From contig NC_135813.1 in the NCBI RefSeq assembly GCF_964213995.1, positions 101,680,001-101,744,000 of the forward strand: 64,000 nt of DNA, given 5' to 3'. The translations under genes and the position numbers were made by a program. The stretch comes from Mustelus asterias (taxonomy: Eukaryota). Shown here piece by piece: positions 1 through 11,290 of this stretch (position 1 is its first letter; each line of letters begins with the position of its first letter). The notes beneath the pieces are model-generated. The model was not told where the DNA came from. It saw only the letters and a program-made list of their open reading frames with translations, and made no database searches.

Positions 1-223
1 AGTTTCTGAATAATGACTAACAATCTTCAAACAGCCCTAACCTCCATAAAATGTTGGTACAAATTCCTCATTTTGCAAAGGAAATATGAAAGATACGTCT
101 GTACCTCCATCTGATCAGACAGAAGCACCACTATTATCCATTCAGTTGACAACAAGATTACCCATTTGCTACTTGATTTGTAACAAGGATGTGAATGACA
201 GTAAGTAATCCCAACTCCCCATG

Positions 224-625
224 ATAAGTACCTGGCAGGGGAGAGTCAACGATCAGGCAGGTTGATCTCCCAGGGTGAGACTATCCCATTGCTCTTGGGG
301 GTGTGTTGACACCTACGATGGAAGTTTGCCAAGGCGAGGGTAGAGTAAATTCTCAGGGTAGCCAATGAGGTTAAACCAAGGCTTTACCTGATGCAATTTT
401 TCAAAGCCATCTCGGCCTTCTGGCTGAGATGAAGCATCAGATCAAGCCCGGAAGGGGGTGCAATGCCTCATCCTGTCAGCTTGGATTTTGTTTGATTGAA
501 CCCAAGATGGGATGCAATGTCTTGTCTTGTCAGCTAGGATCTTGTTTGTCCCTCATGTGGGGACCTAATTTGAATTGGCATTTTTGATTAGAAATAAAGT
601 ACTGAAAGCTACCAATAAAAAAAAA
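224..625 (+). mobile_element. U1/U2 snRNA-derived SINE (SINEU-like)
   Basis: 224-319 aligns to U1 nt ~1-97 (ATAAGTACCTGGCAGGGGAGA...). 404-445 resembles the U2 5' end (CTCGGCCTTCTGGCTGAGAT). Two tandem diverged U2 segments start at ~459 and ~513, followed by a stem IIb-like GTCCCTCATGTGGGGAC (548-564) and an Sm-like ATTTTTG (580-586). AATAAA and an A-tract end at 625; possible TSD taagtaat at 202-209 and 629-636. Confidence 0.8.
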
Positions 626-1318
626 GGATAAGTAATGGTGACCACCTACTCTTAGTTCAATTGGTAATAAGGAACTTTATTGTCCCAATGGGGGTTGAGG
701 TGGACCAGCTGGATCAAATATCAGTCGGGGAACATTTAGGGGATTGTGATTATTGTATCATCAGGTTTAGATTGGCGATGAAAAAGGACAACTGCAATCC
801 AGAATAAGAATAATTAAATGGGGGAAATCCAACCTCAATGGAGTAAGAAGGGATCTGGGCCGCGTAAATTGGAATCAAAAGTTAACAAGCAAAATGGTAA
901 TGGAATAATGACCAGCCTTTGTCAAGGAGACAGTTTGTGTACAGAGTGTGTTCCTGCAAGGGGAAAGGTAGCAGCAACAAATCCAGAGCTCCCTGGATGA
1001 CAAAAGAGATTGAAATTAAGATGGAGCAGAAAAAAATGTGCTTATGACCGATGTCAAGTGGATAATACAATTGAGAATCAGGCTGAATATAAAAGGTTCA
1101 GAAATGAATTGTAAAATCAAATAAGCAAAGGAAAGAAATAATACGAAAAGGGACTGGCAGCAACAAAGAAGGAAATTGAAATGTCTTCCACAGGCATATA
1201 AATAATAAAAAAGTGGTAAGAGGGGCCCAATCGGGACCAAAAAGAGGACTTCGGCATGGTGACAGGAAGCATGGCTTTGATGTTAAATTAGCATCTATCT
1301 TATCAAATTTGTATCCTT

Positions 1319-1668
1319 TTTTAATTCATTCATGGGATATGGACGTCGCTGGCTGGTCAGCATTTATTGCCCATCCCTAGTTGCCTTTGAAGGGCAATTG
1401 AGAGTCAATCATATTGTTGCAATTCTGGAGTCACATGTCAGCCAGACCAGGTAAGCTTGGCAGATTTCTCTCCCTAAAGGACATTAGTAAATCAGTTGAG
1501 TTTTTCCGACAATGGTTTCATGGTCATCAGTAGATTCTTAATTCCAGATATTTTTTATTGAATTCAAATTCCACCATCTGCTGTGGTGGGATTCGAACCT
1601 GGATCCCCAGAACAGTAGCTGAATTTCTGGATTAATAGTCTAGCAATAATATCGCTAGGCCATCGCCT
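1319..1668 (-). mobile_element. tRNA-derived SINE, second family (tail ...ctagggatgggcaataaatgctggcc...gaatgaat)
   Basis: The reverse strand has a tRNA-like head with B box (ggttcgaatccc). Near-identical copies occur at 23646-23970 (+) and 59143-59493 (-). Confidence 0.85.
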
Positions 1669-1694
1669 CTTCTATTACCAAGGATGAAGATGCA

Positions 1695-1801
1695 GCCAAT
1701 TCAAATTAGGTTCAATCATGGTTCCCACATGAGGGACAAACTAGATCCAAGCTGACAAGATAAGACATTGCATCCTATCTTGGACTCAATCAAACAAGAT
1801 C
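1695..1801 (-). mobile_element. Second, partial copy of the U2-derived body of the SINEU-like element
   Basis: The reverse complement (gatcttgtttgattgagtccaagataggatgcaatgtcttatcttgtcagcttggatctagtttgtccctcatgtggg...cctaatttgaattggc) matches ~485-579 with scattered substitutions and an indel. It sits inside a CR1 ORF2 relic. Confidence 0.85.
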
Positions 1802-2797
1802 TATTGTGAAAGAGGAGGTAATTCAGACACAAGGAGGGTTTAAAATTGATAAAGAGGAAGCCCTGGGTAAATTATTGGTGCTTAAAGTTGATAAGGTACC
1901 AGGAGCAATGATGAGATGCATTCAATGGGATATGGAAGGAAGTGGGAGTGGAAATTGCAGAGGCACTGTCCATAATTTTCCAATCTTTCTGCGAGGTGGT
2001 GCCAGAGGAATGGAGAGTTGCAAATGCTACACCCTCGCTCAAAAGGGATGTGAAGATAAGCCCAGCAACTTCAGGCCAGTCAGTTTAACCTCGGCGATGG
2101 GGAAGATTTCAGAAAGAATAATTTAAAACAAAATTAATAGTCACTTGGGACAATGCAGGTTCATTAAGGAAAGACAGCATTTGTTCAAAGTAAATCATGT
2201 TTAACTAATGTGCATAAGTTTTTGATGAATTAACAGAAAGGCTTGATAAGGGTAATGTCGTTGATGTGGAAAAGACATTTGATGAAGTGCCACATGACAG
2301 ACTTGTGGTCAAAATGACATCTCAATAAATAAAATGGACAGTAGCAGCATGAGTGGCAGGAAACAAAGGGTAGGGGTGAACAATTGTTTTTTAAACTGGA
2401 GAAAGGCTTATAGTGCAGTTCCGCAGGGATTACTAATAATCTAGACTTTGCTGCGCAGTGCACAATTTCAAAATTTACAAATGATACAAATCTTGGAAGT
2501 ATTGTGAACTATGGGGCGGATAGTGTAGAATGACTTCAAAATGATTTAGAGAAAGGTTTGTGGAATGGACAAGTGTCAGATGAAATGTAATGTCGAGGTG
2601 TGTGAAGTGAAATCAAAATTCAGTGTGATGGGGAGACCACACAGAGAGACAATATAAAACATAGACTACAATTCCAAAAGGGGTGCAGGAGCAGAGGAAT
2701 CGGAGTGTATACTGCAAAAATACTGAAGGTGGCAGGACAAGTTGAGAGCACGGTTTATGGAGCAGATGCCATTTGGGGCTTTATCAATAGAGACATA

Positions 2798-3545
2798 GGG
2801 TGGAATTTTCCAGCCCTTCCCACTGGCGGGATTGTCCCATCTCGCTGAAGGTGACCTTTTGCAGCTGGTTCCTCGGTGGCGTAGCTGGTGAGCAACGGAA
2901 AAGACCATTGACTTCGATGGGCCCGCCGGTAGCCAATGGCAAGTCGCCTCCGCCACTGGAAAGCCAGCCACGGGGAGTGTGATAATCCCAGTTTGTTGGG
3001 AAACTTGACCCGCTTTTAACCTGCCCTGAAACTCCGGAGAACAACATTCCGAACTATTTTCCCACCATTGGGAAACTGATTTTTTGCCTCATGCCACGTT
3101 CATTGGCCCTGTCATTATTCTGCTGCAATGTTGGGGGACCCCATTTACATTCATTAGCATCTCATGAATGCTCATCAAAAAGGCTAACTCGCCAGGATCA
3201 CAATTCCGTCCTGTCAGCAGGTAATCAGAATGTTCTGTTTTGCCACTGTCTATAAGTGGGGTGCATCTGACAAGTTTCACTTCATCCACATCCTGAAGGT
3301 CAGTAGAAGCTGCTTTGTCTTCCTTTTAAAACCATCATTGCTACATATCGGGTGCCTGTAGCAGAAGCTACATGAAGGCTGGGCACAGGAGGCACAGTAA
3401 GGAGTCTAACAACACCAGGAGGCACGACCAGTGAGGAGGGGTAAGATGGGGGCGGGATGGCCAGAGGGCAAATGTTAAAGACTGTGGGGGAGGGGGGGGG
3501 GGGGGGCATGTTTAAGAGACTGTCCTGGAAAGGTTGAGTGTCCAG
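2798..3545. mobile_element. Truncated non-autonomous DNA transposon (Harbinger-like terminus gggtggaattttcc)
   Basis: Its terminus resembles the TIR motif of other MITEs here (58313, 58583). It interrupts a CR1 relic; no matching right TIR was seen. Confidence 0.4.
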
Positions 3546-3546
3546 G

Positions 3547-4360
3547 ATTTCAAAATTTACAAATGATACGAAACTTGGAAGTGTTGTGAACTATAGGGCA
3601 GATAATGTAGAATTACTTCAAAATGATTTAGGGATAGGTTTGTGGAATGGACTGACAAGTGTCAGATGAAATGTAATGTCGAGAAGTGTGAAGTGATATC
3701 AAAAGTCAGTGCGATGGGAAGATCACCCAGAGAGACAGCATAAAACATAGGGTACAATTCCAAAAGGGGTGCAGGAGATATTTCGATATGGCGCAAGGCC
3801 CTTCAACCATGTGTTGTAATGGCAGGGTGGGCAATTTCCTGTTCGGCCTCAACTGGAGTATTGGATCCAGTTCTGGGTGCCACACTTTGGGAATGATGTG
3901 GAAGCACTAGAAAGGGTGCAGAACAGATTCTTAGGAATGTTTTTTTAGGATGAGAAACTTCACAGATTGGACAAGTTGGGTCAGTTCTTCTTGAAGGTTG
4001 AAAGGGGATTTTATCGAAGTGTACAAAAATCATGTGGAATCTAGACAGAATAGATAGGGAAAAATTGTCGCCATTGGTGGAAGGATCAGTAACTTGCTAA
4101 AGAAGCAATGGCAACATGAGGAAAGAATTTATCACACACAGTAAGTGGTTAGGATCTGGAACACACTGCTTGAGACTGTGGTGGAGGCAGGTTCAATCAA
4201 GGCGTTCAAGAGGGAATTGGATCATTATGTGAAAAGGAAACATTTGCAGAGCTATAGAGAAAAGGCAGTTGCACCAAATGAATTGCTCCTTCAGAGGGCC
4301 AGCACAGATACGACAGGCTGAGTGGCTGCCTTCTGTCCTATAACCATTCTATAATTATGT
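3547..4360 (+). mobile_element. CR1 LINE 3' part (RT C-terminus and 3' UTR)
   Basis: Degenerate RP-LEY-QFW-P and F-Q-VV-WN-L motifs; 3' tail ccttctgtcctataaccattctat. Confidence 0.8.
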
Positions 4361-4460
4361 GAATTCATTCAAGTGCACAACTGGTTACTTTAGAAGTAGA
4401 GGAGGACAAATATAAACTGGAATTGTAAGACTATATGCAGCCACTGACATCTGTACTCAC

Positions 4461-4613
4461 CTTCATGAGGTACGCAGTACACAGGACCATCATCTGCTGT
4501 ATCAAAAGAGGAAAAGGAGCCGTGGGAAGACCAGGATGGTGATGGCTGATCCATCATAGATGGCGGCTCAATGTAGCTGCAATTCAAGGTGTTTTCCATG
4601 TCATGGTGGGCCA
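4461..4613 (-). CDS. SCARF2: SCARF2 internal exon (~10), cytoplasmic domain
   Basis: Acceptor ctactactttcag|TG, donor G|gtgagt; 153 bp. Encodes (V)AHHDMENTLNCSYIEPPSMMDQPSPSWSSHGSFSSFDTADDGPVYCVPHE, a strongly conserved SCARF2 segment. Confidence 0.95.
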
Positions 4614-6632
4614 CTGAAAGTAGTAGTACAGGATTAGCAAAGGGAATGGGTGTATCCAACCTCAAGAAACATGTCACATTCACCCACTTGCCATTCAGTG
4701 ATGTGTCTGCAACTTGATAGCCTCAAGAATGGTGCACTGACTCATTTAATAACACCCAGAACTAAACCCTACCCCATTAAAAACATTCCAAATATCTTAA
4801 CTCCAACTATCCTGTCCAGAGGATGTTCCCAAATATTTCACACACTTCGTTTGATGTTGCTCCCAAGATCCATTTAAAAAATATATTCTTTGCCCTTACC
4901 TTTCTGGCCTATATCCCTGGTTTGCCCAATTTATCCACGCTTATTCATATTTTGTAAACTTTGATGATCATATTGCCCACGGAACATTGCGCAGTCTCAC
5001 AGGCTATTATCCTGCGTTAATTAATTGTGTTCCATTATATTCAAGGAAAGGGCATTTATTGGGGTTGCACTAGTGTACATAGAAAGAAGCACACTGAAAC
5101 TGAGGCATGGTTTCATTAGGAGATGCATGCTTGTAATGTTTCACTTTGTAAATAAATGTAAGACTGCGTGAAGATTGGCTGCAGTACCATCCTTCACCAA
5201 CTGGCTTTGTGAAATGAACATCCAGGAGTTCAATAGTGACACAGAGGCTGCATTATATTATTATAAAGACCTATTGCTCCACGAATGTCAAATGGGACTT
5301 TTACCTCCTATTTTGATTGTGATATATCTGTGAGTGCCATTCCTGACACTCCCTCCTGCGATGAATAATGCCTCTCAACTAAGGGTTACATTTTGTTGAC
5401 ATATGATTTGACATCAGCACCGGGTTTAACGATTGCTCCTGCTCCTCAAAAAAAAAACACTTAAAAATGATCTCTTTGACAGCATGAGTGTCTGAGTAGG
5501 ATGAATTCCACCATCCTTTGCCTCGACCTTTCCAGTCTTTAGTTCCTGCAGAGCCTTATGTACTTCATGCCACCCTCACGCTGACTAACTGAAAGGCGTT
5601 TCGCATTGTGAAGTAGCGGGATGCTAACTAAACTGTTTACTAACATGAATGTAATACCATGGTGATGCCTCAGGAACATGTGAAGAATTCCTAACCTTTG
5701 TGTTTTTAGTGATGTTCAGCTTTGATGTGGTTATTTCATTAGCTGCAGTAGCAGCTGTGGGTGATTATGGTAGATCTGTGCTAATCGTGGCCTCCACATC
5801 TACCTCTTTAATATACAGCAACCGATGGAGGAAAGAAAATAATATTTCAGGCAGGCTGCCAGGCTGCTGAGATGAAGCCAAGCACTGACTCGCTGTTAGT
5901 CCAGACTAACAGGAGCTTCAGAATGACTAATGATGGACTAGACACAGGAATAAAGTCAAGGCTGGAGACCCAGCCAGTATTAGGCTGAGGATTCCCTGAA
6001 ATATTGGTTACTAAGTTGGTGAGGACCAGTTTCAGGATTACGTAGGTGAAGACCAGTACTGTTTGGGTTACTCTATCTCCCTCCACTGTCTTCTCCTTTA
6101 ACATCATCCTTAAAACCATCTCTCAATAGGCTGGGAGTGTTAGATAAAGGGGGTGAGGAAGAGGGTCATGTAATGTGCAACTGCCAGTATAGATCAGTTG
6201 ATCAAAATTTACCCATTTTTATGCTGTCAGTAAGTCTTTGAACAAACTTTTGATCAGCCTTCCTAGTATCAACCCCTTTGACTTAGCATCATTCATTTCT
6301 GAACACATGCCTGTTATGTGCCGAGGAACATTTTTCTATGTTAAAGTCATTATATAAATACAAGTCATTGTTGGGTCTGTGACAAAAGTAGAGTAATTTT
6401 GTCCATTGTTTATGAGTTTTCACTCAACACTGCCTGTATTACTCGAGGAGACATAGAACTCTCAAAATGACTGCTAAAGTCTAATAAATTCTGGTAGATT
6501 GCTTGTCTTTCTGTTCTAGCCTAACACATATGGAAATAGACCAACAGAGAAGAAACAGATATGAGTGTAACAAATATCACTGTTGGCTTATTTTGTTGCT
6601 GTCAGCTTTGCCATCTTATTTTGATACACAAA

Positions 6633-8225
6633 GGGCACGATTTTACCACTGCGTCGCGCCCGTTTTTGGGCGCAAAAACATGGTAAAGTCGGGTGTGAAG
6701 CCATTAACGTGATCCGCACCCACGTCCGCGCAGATGCCCACTTTATTGAGGCCCGAAAATGGCCGCGATCCGATTCGCGCCCGAAACAGGCGCAACGGCG
6801 ATTTAAATGCATTTGCATGTATTTAAATTGAATTAATGAACTGCCCGCCCAACTTTATCAGCATTTCCCCCTTTACCACCGCATGTGCGTGTCCAGATTT
6901 GGCGCAAAACAGATATGCTTGACAAAAGGCCTGTTTCGGGCGCTCCAGCTTCTGAAAAGGTGAGTTCAGAACTTCCAACGCTCTCTGACTCAGATCGGTG
7001 GTGGGGGGGGAAGGAGGGAGACGGGCCAGATCATTCTCTGGTGGCGGGGGGGGGGGGGGGGTGGAGGGGTCAGGAGAAGGGAGGCCCGATCATTTTCTGG
7101 TGGAGGGGGGGGGGGGGAGGGGGGAGGGTGTGGAGGAGGAGGAGATGGGTCAGATGTATTTCTGGTGGATGGGGGGGGGAGGGAGGACAGATCGCTCTCT
7201 GGTTTGGAGGGGAGGGGGGCAGAGGGAGGCCAGATTGTCATCTCGTGGGGGACAGGGAGGAGGAGGCGGGTCAGATCGTTGTCTGGTGGGGGGGTTGGGG
7301 GGAGGTGGGTTAGATGTATCTCTGGTGAATGGTGGGGGGGGGGGGGGGGGAAGAGAGAGGAGGGAGGCCCGATTGTTGTCTGGCGGGAGGGGGGTGTGAG
7401 GAGGCCCGAACGTTCGCTGGATGCAGGGGGGAGGCCCGATCATTTTCTGGTGGAGGGGGGGGGGGGGGAGGGGGGCGGGGAGGGGGGGCGGGGGGATGGG
7501 GGCGGGGGAGGAGGGGGGGTCAGATGTATCTCTGGTGGATGGGGGGGGGGCGGGGGGGGGGAGGACAGATCGCTCTCTGGTTTGGGGGGTTGGAGAGGGC
7601 AGAGGGAGGCCAGATTGACGTCTGGTTGGGGAGAGGGAGGAGGAGGTGGGTCAGATCGTTGTCTGGTGGGGGGGGTAAGGGGAGGCGAGTCAGATGTATC
7701 TCTGGTGGATGGGGGTGAGGGAGGAGGGAGGCCCAATCGTTGTCTAGCTGGGGTGGGCGGGGGGGGGGGGGAGGCCCAAACCTTCTCTGGGGAGGTGGGG
7801 GTTAGGCCCGATCATTCTCTGGGGGGGTCTACTGCCACTCTGCGGGCGATCGGTGGGGGGGAAGGGGGCAGAGGGTCATGATCGGTCTGGGTAGCGGGGG
7901 GGGGGTGGATAAGGGGGACAGTTATGTTGTAGGGGTGGGGTGATGTCTGCGGGAACCATCGCTCCTGGGCCGCTTTATCTGCTTTTTGTGGCCCGGGAGC
8001 AATGTATGAGCGGCGCGATTTTCAGATTTTTTTTCTAACTGCGCATGCGCAGTTCAGAGCTCCGATTGTTTCGGGCGTGCTAAGCTCCGCCCATGGCGTG
8101 ATTCAGACCCGTGAATTTTTTTTTCAGGTCAAGTGCTAATGGAGGCGCCTGAAAGCAGATTCCCAAGTCGAATCTGAATTGTGCCCAGATTCAGCACTTA
8201 GAATGAAAATGGTAAAATCAGGCCC
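6633..8225. mobile_element. Non-autonomous PIF/Harbinger-like element with internal G-rich array
   Basis: TIRs gggcacgattttacca (6633) and tggtaaaatcaggccc (ending 8225); 3-bp TSD aaa at 6630-6632 and 8226-8228; CpG-rich body. Confidence 0.7.
6990..7900 (+). repeat. G-rich higher-order minisatellite
   Basis: Units of (c/t)c(a/g)gat-N(5-6)-tctgg separated by variable G-tracts. The same ordered series of unit variants occurs twice (~7080-7430 and ~7430-7800). Confidence 0.9.
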
Positions 8226-8500
8226 AAAGAGACATTATTCTCTGGTTCAAGTGCAATCGGGATACAAATATGAACATCTTGTGGGTCTTTTTAACATACA
8301 TGTTTGATTGACGGTTCTTTTTGAGATTAATAGATATATATCTCAGTTTGTTTTGTCCCAATTATTTTAACAAGTATTTATTTGGCTTCTATGTTCAAAG
8401 GTAGGAGCATTCCATCCGAAATTATCAGCTAAACAAATTGTCACATAGATGTTAATAATCAGGGAACTTGTAATTGCTATATATTAAAGTGTCATTGAGT

Positions 8501-9467
8501 GAGTGGAATTTAATGCAGCCCTTCACGTTATATGGGATACCCAGACACCATCATTACTGAGCCAATTGATGCTCATTATTCCTGAGCCCATTTATGATTC
8601 CGTGACCCGGAGTCCACCACAATGAAGTGATGGCTCAGGGATTAAATGGGAGCTGCACAGCTTTCCAGTGCCTCTCGAGGGTCACCCAGTAAAACTTGTC
8701 CAACGCCGTGCCCAACTAAGGGATTTGGAATTGGGAAGGGAGCAGCCCCCGAAAGCCAACCAACTGCCTTACCTCCAACCATCTTACTCTCTCTCCCATA
8801 GAATCCCTACAGTGCAGAAGGAGGCCATTCGGTCCACAGAGTCTACATTGACTCAGCATCTTAGGCCCACACACCAACCACCCCACCACCCCCCTCACCC
8901 CCTCCCCCCCAGCTGTTCACCCGATCCCCGTAACCCCTAATCCACCTTACCTACACAACTTGGAACGTTAATTTAGCCTGGCCAATCCACCTAACCTGGA
9001 CCTCTTTGGACTGTGGGAAGAAACCGGAACACCCGGAGAAAACCCACGCAGACACGGGAAGAACTTGCAAGCTCCACACAGACAGTCACCCAAGGGTAGA
9101 ATCGAACCCAGGTCTCTCGTGCTGTGCTAACCACTGTGCCACCGTGCTACCCATGAGCCCCACTGCACGATCTTGCCCTCGCTCGCCTTTTGTGTGACAT
9201 TCCTGGGCCTCTAGTGGATGCATTGCCGGTAGCTGCCACCACTCCCGGTGCAAAGAGGAGGTGCCGGTCTCTGATTGGTTGGCAGTTCTTGGTGGGCAGG
9301 ACATCTGCCTCCGGGCCTCTGTATCCAGGGGAGGGCCCAGACAATATCACTTCGTTGTCTGAACTTCACTTAATACGGTTGGGCTTCCCCTTTGCCATGG
9401 CAGGGATTCTCTATTGATTCACCAACCAATGGGTGAAACCCCACATTGGGTTTATTACATCCCGCCC
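8501..9467. mobile_element. Decayed Harbinger-like MITE with nested HE1 SINE
   Basis: Imperfect TIRs gagtggaatttaatg and tattacatcccgccc. Confidence 0.4.
8797..9150 (-). mobile_element. HE1 V-SINE, CR1/HER1-type tail
   Basis: Head tggcacagtggttagcac, V core gtctgcgtgggtttt-ctccgggtg, tail gcctccttctgcactgtagggattctatg. Confidence 0.9.
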
Positions 9468-9928
9468 ACTGTTTCTTTTCACTCATCCGTTTATTATTTA
9501 AAAGATCGGTTTGGCAGTTTTAGCCTAAGTATGAAGTAGACAGGTTTTTATACTAATATTACAACAAACAACTCACTTTCATATAACATCTTTAAATATA
9601 ATGTTGAGTATTTCCGCTACTTTACACAGGTTGTAATGAACGTAATTTGCCCACAATTGTCAAAATCTCCATAAAAGGCTCAAGTCCCACCCACAAAACT
9701 GGCCACGCCCCCCAAGGTTGACTGAATCAGGATAGGAGTTCCTGCTAAGTGTACCCATTCATGATACGATGAGGAGACTAATCAAAGTTACCTCTCCAGA
9801 TGCAAGGGTTCAAAAAGGCACGTTTGTAAAACTAAATATTGTTACAAATCTGGGACCTTATAAGATGGTCATGTTTTAAACTGTCTCCTTTAATTCAAGG
9901 CAAAGGAAGTAGTGTGGAGGGACTTAAA

Positions 9929-10120
9929 CTGAAAATGCTGGAAAAATACTCAGCAGGTTTGACATCATCTGTGGGCAGAGAAAATAGAGTTAATATTTTG
10001 AGACTTAAGAGTCATACGGACGCAAACATTAACTCTATTTCCTCTCCACAAATGCTGCCAGACCTGCTGAGTTTTTCCAGCATTGTTCTAGATTCCAGCA
10101 TCCGCAGTATTTGGCTTTTA
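9929..10120. mobile_element. Inverted pair of Penelope-like terminal fragments
   Basis: aatgctggaaaaatactcagcaggt...atagagttaat is followed by its reverse complement attaactctat...acctgctgagtttttccagcatt. The same repeat occurs singly at 30370-30500 and 61195-61294. Confidence 0.55.
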
Positions 10121-10960
10121 TTCGAGTGTTGAGGGACATGTGACCTCAAACAAAGTCTGCCTGGAGACAAGTCCATGTGCCCTGGTTGCACAAGGGCCCA
10201 TGATGAAATTTATGCACCTGGCACCATTTAAATCACACTGAACTATGGTGGCCAATGAATACCCACTGAGAACTAAAGCAACATCAAAGGCACTATTAAT
10301 TTGCAATTCACTGTTGTTGAGGAGGATTCTGGCTAATATAAGGAGAATCCATGTGCAGGGTCAATACCTAGGCTGGGACGATGTCTACTGTTACCACATT
10401 CTGATTTGCATAATATGCAGTTTCAAATGTTTAGAGAAAGCCGTAAGAATATTTTATTTCAATTCAATTCCTAGGAGGGTTTAAGGTTTAAATATTTTAC
10501 ATGGCAGCCTCCAATAGAATAATCTTGTGCTGTGTAACAGGAAACAGGCTGCTTAGACCTGGAACCAGGTCTGAAAAATGTACTGGATGTCGAGCCGATC
10601 TTTGCTTTTTCCATTAGACGGGCAGCTCCTGGTCTGAATGCAATGCTGTGAGGTAAATTGATTGCAGTGGGAATAAAGTGTGGAGATGGGAATAACTATG
10701 CAGGTGTAGAGGTTTAGACAGTGCAATCAGAACACGTGGAGCACAGAAACTAGCCAAAATAAAAATGCTTCGGGATTAAAACATTCCTTTGGAGTGATAT
10801 AAGAGCCTCTGGAAGGAAGCAAGAAGCAAATTAATTCGGTTAAGAGAAAAATCTCACTTTCCTGAGAAGTTTCTTCACTGAAATAACAAAGAGAGATTAA
10901 TTCCTCATGTGTGTGCAAAACCTGCTCTTTATAAATGTTATGCAAAGGACACCGCACCGG

Positions 10961-11290
10961 AATCTCTACAGTGCAGAAGGAGGCCATTCGGCCCATTGAG
11001 TCTGCACCGACTCTCCGACAGAGCATCTTAGGCCCTAGCCCCGGAACTCCGAGTGTTCACCCCGCTCATCCCCACTAACCTGAACATCTTGTGACACTAA
11101 GGGGTAATTTAGCATGACCAATCCGCCTAACCTGCACCTTGGACTGTGGGAGGAAACCGGAGCACCCGGAGGAAACCCACGCAGACATGGGGAGAACGTG
11201 CAAACTTCACACAATCACCCAAGGCTGGAATCAAACCTGGCCCCTGGCACTGTGAGGCAGCAGTGCTAACCACTGTGCCACCATGCCACC
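10961..11290 (-). mobile_element. HE1 V-SINE, CR1-type tail
   Basis: Full tRNA-like head, V core and ttctgcactgtagagattc tail. Confidence 0.92.

Larger units (their letters stand above)
640..2797 (+). mobile_element. Decayed CR1 LINE ORF2 (endonuclease-RT) with nested insertions
   Basis: ORF 1806-2126 contains LKVDKVPG and DKPSNFRPVSLTSAMGKISERII. Many stops and frameshifts; interrupted at 1319-1668 and 1695-1801. Confidence 0.85.

Noticed and set aside
224-319. Functional U1 snRNA gene
   Set aside because: It lacks U1 stem-loops III/IV and the Sm site in place, the 5' splice-site pairing sequence is mutated, and it runs into U2-like sequence and an A-tail.
5026-5220. Small solo LTR (TG...CA with AATAAA)
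   Set aside because: Plausible, but no TSD or second copy was found, so it was not called.
6990-7900. CRISPR-like array, or Gly/Pro-rich protein ORFs
   Set aside because: Vertebrate intron with no cas genes; the spacers are G homopolymers. The ORFs are open in all frames only because the repeat lacks stop codons.
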